Assembly (NCBI GenBank): GCA_963727505.1
Contig: CAVSGP010000005.1
Location: 128,001-192,000 of the forward strand
Direction: 5' to 3'
DNA from: an uncultured Trueperaceae bacterium
GTDB lineage: Bacteria; Deinococcota; Deinococci; Deinococcales; Trueperaceae
DNA length: 64,000 nt
The translations under genes were made by a program, and so were the position numbers. Under the pieces are notes generated by a model. It saw only the letters and a program-made list of their open reading frames with translations. It did no database searches and was not told where the DNA came from. Below are positions 48,278 to 57,296 of this stretch, one piece after another. Each line of letters opens with the position of its first letter. The first letter of the stretch is position 1.

Positions 48278-48637
48278 ATGCGTGCATGGAATCGCTGGCA
48301 AGACTGGCTCAACCTACTGGCAGGTGTGTGGCTGTTCTTCTCGCCCTGGATCCTGGCCTTCACGGGGGCCGCTGCCGGTGCCTGGAACGCGTGGATCTTC
48401 GGCGCACTGGTCTTCATCGTGGCCCTCTGGACGCTCGGTCGCCCGGAGTCGCGCGGTGTGCTGTGGCTGCAGGCCATCTTGGGGGCATGGACGTTCATCG
48501 CACCCTGGGTGCTCGGCTTCGCAGTGGCGGCCGCTGCCGCCTGGAACGCTTGGATCCTGGGGATCATCGTCTTCGTTCTCGCTTTCTGGGCCATGGGTAG
48601 CGCAGGCGAGCCAAGGAGAGTGCCGGAGCGCGCCTGA
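48278..48637 (+). CDS. SPW-repeat integral membrane protein
   Basis: WQDWLNLLAGVWLFFSPWIL, GAWTFIAPWVLG; AAGGAG RBS. Confidence 0.85.
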   Translation: MRAWNRWQDWLNLLAGVWLFFSPWILAFTGAAAGAWNAWIFGALVFIVALWTLGRPESRGVLWLQAILGAWTFIAPWVLGFAVAAAAAWNAWILGIIVFVLAFWAMGSAGEPRRVPERA

Positions 48638-48812
48638 GCGAGCGTTCGCTTCGGAATCTCCGGCAGACCGAACCGACAACGGTCGGAAGATCCGGGCGGG
48701 CCCGAACGCGGGCCCGCCCGGTTCCGTAGACTGGACACGAAACCATGGAACACGATCGAGCAATGCTTCGAAACCCCCGCGCCGTGGTGCGGCGATCGCG
48801 AGGCGGCGCGCC

Positions 48813-49472
48813 ATGAGCGCGGCGGCCCCACCGTTCGGCGCGAACGGCGGCGACACCTCGGCCGACCGCAAGTCCCCGGACGGCGCAGGGCGCAAGCGCG
48901 TGGGCCGGCCGAGGGTGGACCGGCAGCAGGCGGAGGCGCGCTGCAAGATCCTCGACGCTGCCGAGACGCTCTTCGCCGAGAACGGCTTCGACGCCACCCC
49001 CACCAGTGCCATCGCCGCTCGGGCGGGCCTCACGAGCGCGCTGATCTTCTACTACTTCCGGACCAAGCGTGGCCTGCTGCAAGCCCTCATCGACGAGCGC
49101 CCGTTCCTGCCGCGCTTCGCCGACCTAGTGGCAGACGTCGATGCCGACGACCGCCGTACCCTGCTGCGCGTCGCTGGCGAGCGCCTGTACGACCTCGCTC
49201 ATCGCAGTGGTCCGATGGTGCGAATCGTGGTCCGTGAGGTCTTGCAGCGCGACGAGCTGCGGCGTCACTGGGAGGACGTCCTGGAACGCGCCATCGGCGC
49301 TCTGGCCGAGCGCATCCGCGCTGCCGACGGTCCTGCCCTGGATGCAGCGCAGGCCGAGTCCGTGGCGCGCTTGTTCTTCAACGCCGTGGCCTTCCAGGCG
49401 CTCTTCGGACCCGATCTAGAGAGAGAGCGCACCGTGGCCGAGGCGGTCGAGGTGGTGCTCGCGGGCGCCTGA
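48813..49472 (+). CDS. TetR/AcrR-family regulator
   Basis: ILDAAETLFAENGFDAT...IAARAGLTSALIFYYFRTKRGL. Confidence 0.88.
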   Translation: MSAAAPPFGANGGDTSADRKSPDGAGRKRVGRPRVDRQQAEARCKILDAAETLFAENGFDATPTSAIAARAGLTSALIFYYFRTKRGLLQALIDERPFLPRFADLVADVDADDRRTLLRVAGERLYDLAHRSGPMVRIVVREVLQRDELRRHWEDVLERAIGALAERIRAADGPALDAAQAESVARLFFNAVAFQALFGPDLERERTVAEAVEVVLAGA

Positions 49473-49687
49473 ACGCCTGGTTGGCCCCGTTCCCGCGCGG
49501 CCTTCCGTCCCGCCCCATCCCAACGCATGCGCGACCCCGAAGCGTTCGAGCGCCGGTGGTAGGTTGGGTCTGCCAGCGGCCGCCGGGAAGTACCGGAGCG
49601 GCCGTGCCGACCCCACGATCGAGGGCCGTTCGCGTCGCCAACCGGCGTGTGCTCGAGCGGTCCACCCCCGGAAGGGAGCTGGAGAGC

Positions 49688-51256
49688 GTGAGTGACGCCT
49701 CGCAGTCCTGGAACGCACATTCGAATCCGGCCGGCGACGCCCCGTCGTCGGCGCCACCCGGCGAGCCGCTCCGTTTGCAGCAACGCATCGGCGGTCGCAG
49801 CGTGCCGGCGGCCGAGGGCGGTACCCGCGACATCCTGGAGCCGGCCCTGGGGCGGGTGCTGGCGGTGGTCCCCGAGGGATCGGCCGAGGACGTGGACGCC
49901 GCCGTTGCCGCCGCCCGCAGGGCGTTCGACGACGGCCCCTGGCCGCGCTTGCATGTCCAGGAGCGCGCCCGCGTGCTACACCGCGTCGCCGCCCTGATCG
50001 AGGGCCACGCCGAGGAGCTGGCGCGTCTGGAGACCTGGGATACCGGCAAGACGCTCCCCGAGAGCCGCGACGATATGGTGCAGGTGGCGGACGCCTTCCG
50101 CTACTTCGCGTCGCTTGTCGCCACCCGCGGCGGTGAGGTGAACCCCGTGCAAGCCGATGCGCTCAGTCTGACGCTGCACGAGCCGGTCGGTGTGGCGGCC
50201 CTGATCACGCCTTGGAACTACCCGCTGCTGCAGGCGTCGTGGAAGCTGGCGCCGGCGCTGGCTGCAGGGTGCACGCTGGTGATCAAGCCCAGCGAGCTGA
50301 CGCCGCTCAGCACGGTGCGCGCCGTCGAACTGCTGCACGAGGCCGGCGTCCCAGGCGACGTCGCCAACGTGGTGCTCGGCTCCGGCCCGGCCGTGGGCGC
50401 GCCGTTGGTGGCGCATGCGGACGTGGACCTGGTGTCGTTCACCGGCGGCATCGTGACCGGCCGCGCGATCTCCCGGGCGGCAGCGGACACGGCCAAGCGC
50501 GTCGCCCTGGAGCTGGGCGGCAAGAACCCCAACATCGTCTTCGACGACGCCGACTTCGACGCCGCGCTCGACCACGCCCTGAACGCGGTCTTCTACCACG
50601 CCGGCCAGGTCTGCTCGGCGGGTTCGCGCCTCCTGGTGCAGGAGGGTCTGTACGACCGCTTCGTGGACGCGATCCTGGAGCGCGCGGCCCGCATCCGCCT
50701 CGGCTTCGGCTGGGAGGACGGCACCGAGATGGGCCCACTGGTGTCCGAGCAGCATCGCGCCAAGGTGGAACGGATGCTCGCGCTGGCGCTCGAAGAGGGG
50801 GCCACCCTGCGCCTCGGTGGCCAGCGGCCTGGAGGCGAACGCTTCAGCCAGGGCGCCTTCATGCAGCCCACCGTCCTGACCGACGTACACAGGGACATGC
50901 GTATCGCCCACGAAGAGATCTTCGGGCCGGTGCTCACCATCGAACGCTTCCGTGACGAGGACGACGCCGTCGCTGCCGCCAACGACACCCGTACCGGGCT
51001 GGCGGCCGCGGTGTGGACGCGGGACGTGGTGAAGGGCGTGCGCCTCGCCCGGGCGCTGCGCTTCGGCACGGTGTGGCTCAACGACTTCCACCCCTACTAC
51101 CCGCAGGCTCCCTGGGGCGGCATGAAGGAGTCCGGTGTCGGGCGCGAGCTCGGCCTCACCGGCCTGCGCGAGTATCAGGAGGAGAAGCACCTCTACCTCA
51201 ACCTCGACGTCCATCCAGTGGGGTGGTTCGGCCGCGGCGGGGGCGAGTCGCGTTGA
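49688..51256 (+). CDS. Aldehyde dehydrogenase (betaine-aldehyde DH-like)
   Basis: ITPWNYP, KPSELTP, FTGG, LELGGKNP, GQVCSAG, EEIFGPV. Confidence 0.93.
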   Translation: MSDASQSWNAHSNPAGDAPSSAPPGEPLRLQQRIGGRSVPAAEGGTRDILEPALGRVLAVVPEGSAEDVDAAVAAARRAFDDGPWPRLHVQERARVLHRVAALIEGHAEELARLETWDTGKTLPESRDDMVQVADAFRYFASLVATRGGEVNPVQADALSLTLHEPVGVAALITPWNYPLLQASWKLAPALAAGCTLVIKPSELTPLSTVRAVELLHEAGVPGDVANVVLGSGPAVGAPLVAHADVDLVSFTGGIVTGRAISRAAADTAKRVALELGGKNPNIVFDDADFDAALDHALNAVFYHAGQVCSAGSRLLVQEGLYDRFVDAILERAARIRLGFGWEDGTEMGPLVSEQHRAKVERMLALALEEGATLRLGGQRPGGERFSQGAFMQPTVLTDVHRDMRIAHEEIFGPVLTIERFRDEDDAVAAANDTRTGLAAAVWTRDVVKGVRLARALRFGTVWLNDFHPYYPQAPWGGMKESGVGRELGLTGLREYQEEKHLYLNLDVHPVGWFGRGGGESR

Positions 51257-51371
51257 GCTGAGCGATCCCGCCGCTCCCGTCGCCTGACGGCTTGCGCCCG
51301 CGAGTGCCGGGCGCAAGCATGGGGGGTGCGGTGGCCGGCGTCCATGCCGGCACCCGGAGCGGAGGCTCGGC

Positions 51372-52100
51372 GTGACCCTGTGGCCGAAGCGAGGGCGGAC
51401 CCATGTGCCGGGCTGGGGCCTGCTGGGCGGGTGTCTGTTAGGGGCAGTTCTGGCGTTGTCGGGCTGCGGCTCGCGCTCGACGGACACGCAATCGGCGCCG
51501 GCTTCCGCCGGCAGGGTCATGGTGGGCACCCCGGCGCCCCGGAGCGGCCCATCGGACGACGTAGCAGGGGGGACGAGCCAACCGCCACCTTGGCCCTGTA
51601 CGGGCTGGGTACACAGCGGCGCCACTGCCTACGACCGCGCTTCGATGATGGCACGGGTGTTCGGAACGGTGCAGCCCGGTGATCCGGTGGCGGTGGTGGC
51701 GCGCGACGCCCGCGGCTGGCTGGCGTTCTCCCCGGGAACGGCGCAAGCGGCGAACGTGGGCCCCTTCCGGCTGCGTTGGCTGCCGCCCGACGCGCCCGTC
51801 CGGCTCGAGGGCGCCTGCAGCGACTTACCGGTCCGGGTGTCGCCGGCTGCCGGCGTGTGCTTCGAGATGGCGATGGCGGCGACGCCGGTCCGCTCCTCAC
51901 CCGACCCGAGCGCACCCCTGCTGGTCACCCTTCCCGCCGATGGCTACGTTGCGGTGACCGGCCGCGACCCGTCCGGCTGGCTGCGCGTGGACGCCGGAAG
52001 CGGCAGTCGCCCGGGCTCGGGCGCTGGCTGGATTCCGCCGGAGGCGGTGAACGTCAACGGGCCTTGCGACGCCTACCTGGGATCGGGCGCCTCGCCTTGA
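51372..52100 (+). CDS. Lipoprotein with SH3b-like domain(s)
   Basis: Lipobox LSGC; VRSSP...VAVTGRDPSGWLRV...GWI pattern; Cys pairs. Start uncertain (GTG 51372 or 51405). Confidence 0.6.
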   Translation: MTLWPKRGRTHVPGWGLLGGCLLGAVLALSGCGSRSTDTQSAPASAGRVMVGTPAPRSGPSDDVAGGTSQPPPWPCTGWVHSGATAYDRASMMARVFGTVQPGDPVAVVARDARGWLAFSPGTAQAANVGPFRLRWLPPDAPVRLEGACSDLPVRVSPAAGVCFEMAMAATPVRSSPDPSAPLLVTLPADGYVAVTGRDPSGWLRVDAGSGSRPGSGAGWIPPEAVNVNGPCDAYLGSGASP

Positions 52101-52103
52101 GCA

Positions 52104-54644
52104 TCACGACACGTGCGGGGCCCGGCGCGGCGCGAGCACGACGTCGTTGGCGCAGCTCAGCACGGGAGGACCCGAGAGCACCCTAGCGTCGACGTCCAGC
52201 GGAGTGTGCAGGGTGAAGACGTGCGCCTCGCCCGGAAGCAGCGTGATCAGCCCGTCGTCGACCGTGGCATCGGGGTGGAGCCGGTCGGGGAGCACGGTGA
52301 GGTCCCGCAACAGCGACTGGGCCTCGACGCGTAGCTTCACGGCGTCCCCTCGCCTCTCGAGCGTCGTGCGTAGGCGCGCCGGCGGGTAGCGCAGGTCCCG
52401 GTCGCGCGCGAAGAAGTGGAGCGCCCGCAGGTCGTCCGACTCGGCCACGAGCAGCTCCTCGGCCCGGTCCCCGGGCGTGGTCAGCGCGTTCGGGAGCGCA
52501 GCCACCACGGCAGGGCCGCGGGGCGTCGCCACGAGGGGGAGCGTGGCGGCCGCGAGCTCGGTGCCGTCGAAGCGCAGTCGCCGGATCCGTACCTCGCCTC
52601 GCCAGTCGGCGTCACTGTCGTTGTGAAGCACGAGCGTGATGTCTCCATGGCGCGCCTCGAGCGTTAGCAGGCGGGCGGCGAAGACGCGCCGCAACGCGAA
52701 CCACAACGGTTTGAGGCGCCCGTCGACGTCGACCGCCGCCCAGCTCGTCGACGGCCAGCAGTCGTTGAGCTGCCACACCAGCGTCCCCATGCACAGCGGG
52801 GCCAGCGAGCGGAAGTGGCGGATGCCGACATCGAGCGCCCGCGCCTGGTTGAGCTGGGTGGCGAAGTGCCAGGTATCGAAGGCGCGGGGCACCGGGAAGT
52901 GCTCGGCGAGGCGGGCCTCGAGCTTGTCGTTGCCGCCGACCGCCTTCTGGTGGTGGAGCATGCCGGGCCCATCGGGCGTGAGGGGCCGGTCGGAGATCGC
53001 CCGGCGGATGGTGGCGTAGGTCGGCGGCGCCTGGTGGCCGAACTCGGCGACGAAGCGCGGCCGGTACGTCCGGTAGACGGTGTAGTCCTTCTCGTTCCAG
53101 GCGTCCCAGATGTGTCTGCATCCTGCGCCGTCGGCGTTCGGTGGCAGGTCCTCGCGGCCGGACCAGGGGCTCCCCGGCCAGTAGGGGCGGGTGGGGTCGA
53201 GCTCGGCCAGCAGGCGCGGGAGCATGTCGAGGTAGAAGCCCCGGCCCCAGCTGCGCCCGCCCAGCGCCGCCTCCCAGCCCCAGTCCTCATGCCCCCACAG
53301 GTTCTCGTTGTTGCCGTTCCAGAGCACCAGGCTGGGATGCGATGCGAGCCGCAGGACGTTGGCGCGGGCCTCGGCGGCCACCTCCGAGGCGAAGGGTTCC
53401 TCCTCCGGATAGGCCGCGCAGGCGAAGGCGAAGTCCTGCCAGACCATCAGGCCGAGCTCATCGCAGATCTCGTAGAAGGTGTCGCTCTCGTAGAGGCCGC
53501 CCCCCCAGACCCGCACCATGTTCATGTTCGCGTCGGCCGCCTGTTGCAGCCGGGTCCGCAGGCGCTCGACCCCGATGCGTTCAGGGAAGGGGTCGTCGGG
53601 GATCCAGTTGGCGCCCTTGGCGAAGACCTCACGCTCGTTCACGACCAGCGTGAACGCCGCGCCGGCCTCGTCCGGTCGGGTGTCGAGGGTGACGCTTCGG
53701 AAGCCGATTCGCAGGGCCCGCTCCTCGAGCGCGGAACCGTCCTGGCCCTCCAGGGTCAGCTCGAGGTCGTACAGGGACGGGTCGCCGTAGCCGCGGGGCC
53801 ACCAGCGCCGTACCGACGGGGCGTCGAGTCGGAGGGTGGCGTCGGTCTCGTCGGCGCCGACGCTCACGCTGGCGCGGGCGTCGCCCGCCTCGCTGTCGGG
53901 CCGGGCGAGGCGCACGGACAGCAGGAGAGGTCGTGGTTCTCCGGACCGCTCGAGCTCCACGCGCAGCTCGACGTTGCCGGCGACGGGTGCAGCGGGGTCG
54001 CCGGGCGGAGCGTCGTCCCCCGCGCCGACGCGCACGAGCGTGCCGAGCTCGCGGATCCGGGCGCGCGACCAGCCCTCGAGCCGGACGGGCTTCCAGATCC
54101 CTGCCGTCACCAGCGTCGGGCCCCAGTCCCAGCCGAAGTTGCACGCCATCTTCCGGATGAAGTTGAACGGAAGGGGATAGGCCCGCGGGCGCTCGCCCAG
54201 GCGCTCGGCCTGGGCGCGGGCGTAGGCAAGCGCCGAGGTGAAGGTCACCACGACCTCGTTGGAGCCCGGGTGCAGCACGGCCTTGGCGTCGAAGCGGTGG
54301 GGCCGGTGCATGTTCTCGGCCCGCCCCACGACCCGACCGTTGACCTCCACCGTCGCGACGGTGTCGAGCCCATCGAAGTGGAGGTCCACGCGGTCGTGCG
54401 CCAGGAGCTCCGGCGGCGCCGTGAAGCGGCAGCGGTAGCGCCAGTCGCAGGTGCCGATCCACTGCACGAGGTCCTCGTTGCGCTCGATCAGGGGATCCGC
54501 GATGATCCCCTGCATCAGGAGATCGGTGTGGACGCAGCCCGGAACGGCGGCCGGCAGCGTACGGCCCATCAGGCCGGCCGGGGCGGCATCGCAGGCGCGC
54601 GCCAACTCCAGCGTCCAGCCGGAGGAGAGGGTCAGGTTCGTCAC
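52104..54644 (-). CDS. GH2 beta-mannosidase
   Basis: VPGCVHTDL, GLDT, IRKMACNFGWDWGP, KGANWIP, RVWGGG, WQDFAFAC, GNNEN, AEFG, WQLNDCWP. Confidence 0.92.
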   Translation of the reverse strand: MTNLTLSSGWTLELARACDAAPAGLMGRTLPAAVPGCVHTDLLMQGIIADPLIERNEDLVQWIGTCDWRYRCRFTAPPELLAHDRVDLHFDGLDTVATVEVNGRVVGRAENMHRPHRFDAKAVLHPGSNEVVVTFTSALAYARAQAERLGERPRAYPLPFNFIRKMACNFGWDWGPTLVTAGIWKPVRLEGWSRARIRELGTLVRVGAGDDAPPGDPAAPVAGNVELRVELERSGEPRPLLLSVRLARPDSEAGDARASVSVGADETDATLRLDAPSVRRWWPRGYGDPSLYDLELTLEGQDGSALEERALRIGFRSVTLDTRPDEAGAAFTLVVNEREVFAKGANWIPDDPFPERIGVERLRTRLQQAADANMNMVRVWGGGLYESDTFYEICDELGLMVWQDFAFACAAYPEEEPFASEVAAEARANVLRLASHPSLVLWNGNNENLWGHEDWGWEAALGGRSWGRGFYLDMLPRLLAELDPTRPYWPGSPWSGREDLPPNADGAGCRHIWDAWNEKDYTVYRTYRPRFVAEFGHQAPPTYATIRRAISDRPLTPDGPGMLHHQKAVGGNDKLEARLAEHFPVPRAFDTWHFATQLNQARALDVGIRHFRSLAPLCMGTLVWQLNDCWPSTSWAAVDVDGRLKPLWFALRRVFAARLLTLEARHGDITLVLHNDSDADWRGEVRIRRLRFDGTELAAATLPLVATPRGPAVVAALPNALTTPGDRAEELLVAESDDLRALHFFARDRDLRYPPARLRTTLERRGDAVKLRVEAQSLLRDLTVLPDRLHPDATVDDGLITLLPGEAHVFTLHTPLDVDARVLSGPPVLSCANDVVLAPRRAPHVS

Positions 54645-54853
54645 GTGACAGCCCCCTTCGCCGCAGCCGGGGCTCAGGCGGCGGCTGCCGCCAGCATCCC
54701 CCTCGGCTGCTGTCGCGTCAACGGACGTTTGGCCGGAGGAGGTGGGACCGAAGGCCGCCGGCAGCGACGTCCATGCCCACACGGGGGTCGCTGAGGCGCG
54801 GGTCCGATCGCGCGTGGACCGGCGTGGCATTTCTCAGGCAGAAAGGGTCTGTC

Positions 54854-54882
54854 TTGAAGAGAAATGATTGGAAGCGTAGAAT
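54854..54882 (+). promoter_or_regulatory. Leaderless promoter of IclR
   Basis: TTGAAG-17 bp-TAGAAT, 5 nt before ATG 54888; no SD. Confidence 0.55.
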
Positions 54883-54887
54883 GGCGC

Positions 54888-55817
54888 ATGAGCGCAGTCC
54901 CAGACAGCGAAACCGGCGGGGGGAACGCCTCCGAGCACGAACCTCAGGCCGCGCCCCGCTCGGTCGAGGTCGCGGGCGCTTCCGGCCGCTACCGCATCCG
55001 GGCGCTCGACCGCGCGCTCGGCATCCTGGCGCTGGTCGGGCGACGACCGGACCTCGGGCTGCAGGCCCTCGCCGAGCGCTCCGGGACCAGCGTCAGCCAG
55101 GTGCTGAAGATCCTGGCCACGCTGGAGGGCCACGGGCTGGTCGCGAAGAGCGCCGACAAGACCTACCGTCTGGGGTACGGCGCGATGCGCCTGGGCCACC
55201 TGGCCGCGCGCCTGCAACCCGTGGTCGGTGTGGCGGCGATGGTGCTCGACGAGCTTCGCGAGGAGACCGGCGAGAGCATCCACCTGGTGGTGCGTGACGG
55301 GCTCGACGCGGTGATCGCCGACGTGCGCGAGTCGTCCAAGACGGTGCGCGTCGTGTCGCCGGTAGGGGAGCGCACCAGGCTGAACGCCGGGAGCGCCGGC
55401 AAGCTCTTCCTCGCCTACGGATCGCGCGATCTGATGGCCTGGCTGGTCCGCGAGCCCATGCCCGCCTATACCGAGCTCAGCGAGACCGATCCGGAGCTGC
55501 TGCGCATCGACGTCGACCGAGCCCGCCGTCAGGGCGTGTGCGTGGCCATCGGAGACTTCGAGGACGGGGCGTTCTCGGTGGCGGCACCGGTGTTCGAAGA
55601 GCCCGGGCGGATGGTCGCCGCCATCGCCCTGGCGGGGCCCCTCAGTCGCTTCGACAGCGGCATCGAGCGGCGCTATCGCAACGCCGTCAAGCGCGCGGCC
55701 TCCACGGTCGGCGCGCGGCTGCAGACGCCGGTCGACCGAGGAGGCCGCCGGCGACGAGCGGCACGCGGTCGACGGCGAAGGAAGCGGGTGAGCGCCGCGC
55801 GCGACCACGCCGGTTGA
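54888..55817 (+). CDS. IclR-family transcriptional regulator
   Basis: ALDRALGIL...ILATLEGHGLV..YRLG; ETGESIHL, SAGKLFLA, SVAAPVF. Confidence 0.9.
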   Translation: MSAVPDSETGGGNASEHEPQAAPRSVEVAGASGRYRIRALDRALGILALVGRRPDLGLQALAERSGTSVSQVLKILATLEGHGLVAKSADKTYRLGYGAMRLGHLAARLQPVVGVAAMVLDELREETGESIHLVVRDGLDAVIADVRESSKTVRVVSPVGERTRLNAGSAGKLFLAYGSRDLMAWLVREPMPAYTELSETDPELLRIDVDRARRQGVCVAIGDFEDGAFSVAAPVFEEPGRMVAAIALAGPLSRFDSGIERRYRNAVKRAASTVGARLQTPVDRGGRRRRAARGRRRRKRVSAARDHAG

Positions 55818-55857
55818 GACCACGCCGGTTGAGACAATGCCGGGTGAGACAATGCCG
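55803..55857. repeat. 15-bp tandem repeat (about 3.7 copies) spanning the IclR stop codon
   Basis: GACCACGCCGGTTGA x2, GACAATGCCGGGTGA, GACAATGCCG. Confidence 0.85.
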
Positions 55858-55906
55858 CGCCGGCGGACGGGTCGCTCCGCCCGCCGGCGCGGTCCGGCTC
55901 GTCCGC

Positions 55907-56587
55907 TCAGCGCAGGCTGGCCGGCAGGAACACCATGTCCATCGGGATGAGCGCACCGTTGTTGAGCACCGTCGACTGCCCGACGAGATAGGGCATCCAG
56001 GCAAGCCGCGTTGCGGTCGGTCCGACGCGCACCTCGACGCGACCCGCGCTCGTGGAGAAGCGCCCGAAGGTGAGCAGCAACTGCGTGCCGGCGAGCGTCG
56101 TAAGCGTCAACCGGCCGGTCGCCGGCACCGAACGGGCCTTCAGGTCTGCGCTCGTGTAGCGGCCCTTCACCATCATGGAGTGGAGCATCTCTGTGAGTTT
56201 GTCGGGTTCCGCCATGAGCTTGCGGAACGCCGACGGTCCCATCAGCGTGGCCAGCTCCGCGAAGCCTTCGTCGGTCGGGGCGAAGAGCGTCACCGGGCCT
56301 GCCTCACGAAGAGTCTTGTCGATCCCGGTCGTTTGCAGGGCCGCCTTCAGGCAGCTGAAGCTCTCGCTGCCCTTGGCGTTGCCTCGGTAGCACGTCGGGT
56401 TCAGCTTACGCGCCGAATGATCGACGATGAACTGCCACACGCTACCGGACTGTGTGCTGAAGCTAGATGGAACGATGCTGCTGGCCGCCAGGGCCGCGCC
56501 GCCGCCCAGGAACGCGAGCGCGACGACGAGGGCCGCCAGGCCGCGGCGCCGTTGTGGGGTGCGGGAGGAGTGGGGTGCATGGCTCAT
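55907..56587 (-). CDS. Secreted fasciclin (FAS1) domain protein
   Basis: Signal peptide; H1 motif GPVTLFAPTDEGF; H2-like NGALIPMDMVFLP. Confidence 0.8.
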   Translation of the reverse strand: MSHAPHSSRTPQRRRGLAALVVALAFLGGGAALAASSIVPSSFSTQSGSVWQFIVDHSARKLNPTCYRGNAKGSESFSCLKAALQTTGIDKTLREAGPVTLFAPTDEGFAELATLMGPSAFRKLMAEPDKLTEMLHSMMVKGRYTSADLKARSVPATGRLTLTTLAGTQLLLTFGRFSTSAGRVEVRVGPTATRLAWMPYLVGQSTVLNNGALIPMDMVFLPASLR

Positions 56588-56819
56588 GGGGGTCAACCTC
56601 TCCTGCGATGAAGGGCTCGCCTGGATGAAGGGTCGCCCGGGGACGGGCGCCGGAGCGTTGGGTAGGAGCGAGCGAGGGTCCGGCGGGGAGCCCCGGACGG
56701 GGCGAAAGCGGGACGGGCCCCACGCAGTTCTCTTGTCCAGACTCTACGAACGGCAGATGAGTCCAGCCTAAACCCTCCCTGGCGGGGCCTTCACGCTGCG
56801 GCGGTGGGGATGGGCAGGC

Positions 56820-56889
56820 GCGCACGAACAGGTGCGTACGAACGGGCGCGTACGAACGGGTGCGCACGAAGACGCGGGCACGAACAGGG
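56820..56889. repeat. 14-bp tandem repeat x5 (intergenic)
   Basis: GCGCACGAACAGGT / GCGTACGAACGGGC / GCGTACGAACGGGT / GCGCACGAAGACGC / GGGCACGAACAGGG. Confidence 0.85.
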
Positions 56890-57296
56890 GTGCGCGGAAA
56901 GGCCCGTGGCTGGAGGCCACGGGCCTGGAGAGGGGGGGCGGCCTCGACGGCGCGCCAGGGAAGGCGCCGGAGTCCCGGGGGGGGTTGGACGCCCGGGCGG
57001 GTCACCGCTCGGAGGAGCGCGCCGGGAATCGGCGCGGGCGCCGCGGAGGTCCGCGGCAGCGTGGGCGGCGTTCGCACGACCGGAGGCCGCGACCCCGGCA
57101 GGATAGGGCCGCGTCATGAGAGGTGCTCGTCGATCGGGATGAGAAGGTCCCGTGTGCCGCAACGAACCTGGTGGAATGAGCCGGGCAAGGGGAGGATTCC
57201 TCTCCGCGGCCGCAGGCGACCTGCTACCGTTAGAGTGCGGAAACGGCTCGTAGCGCGCCACCTTCGTGGCGCCGTTCGAGGGATGCGGGAGGTCCC

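Noticed and set aside
55803..56889. Short repeat arrays as a possible CRISPR
   Set aside because: Units are 14-15 bp, head-to-tail, without unique spacers; no cas genes in the window.
56791..57261. Pro/Arg-rich ORFs in the fasciclin-sbcD intergenic region
   Set aside because: Low-complexity translations crossing a non-triplet repeat; no coding signature.
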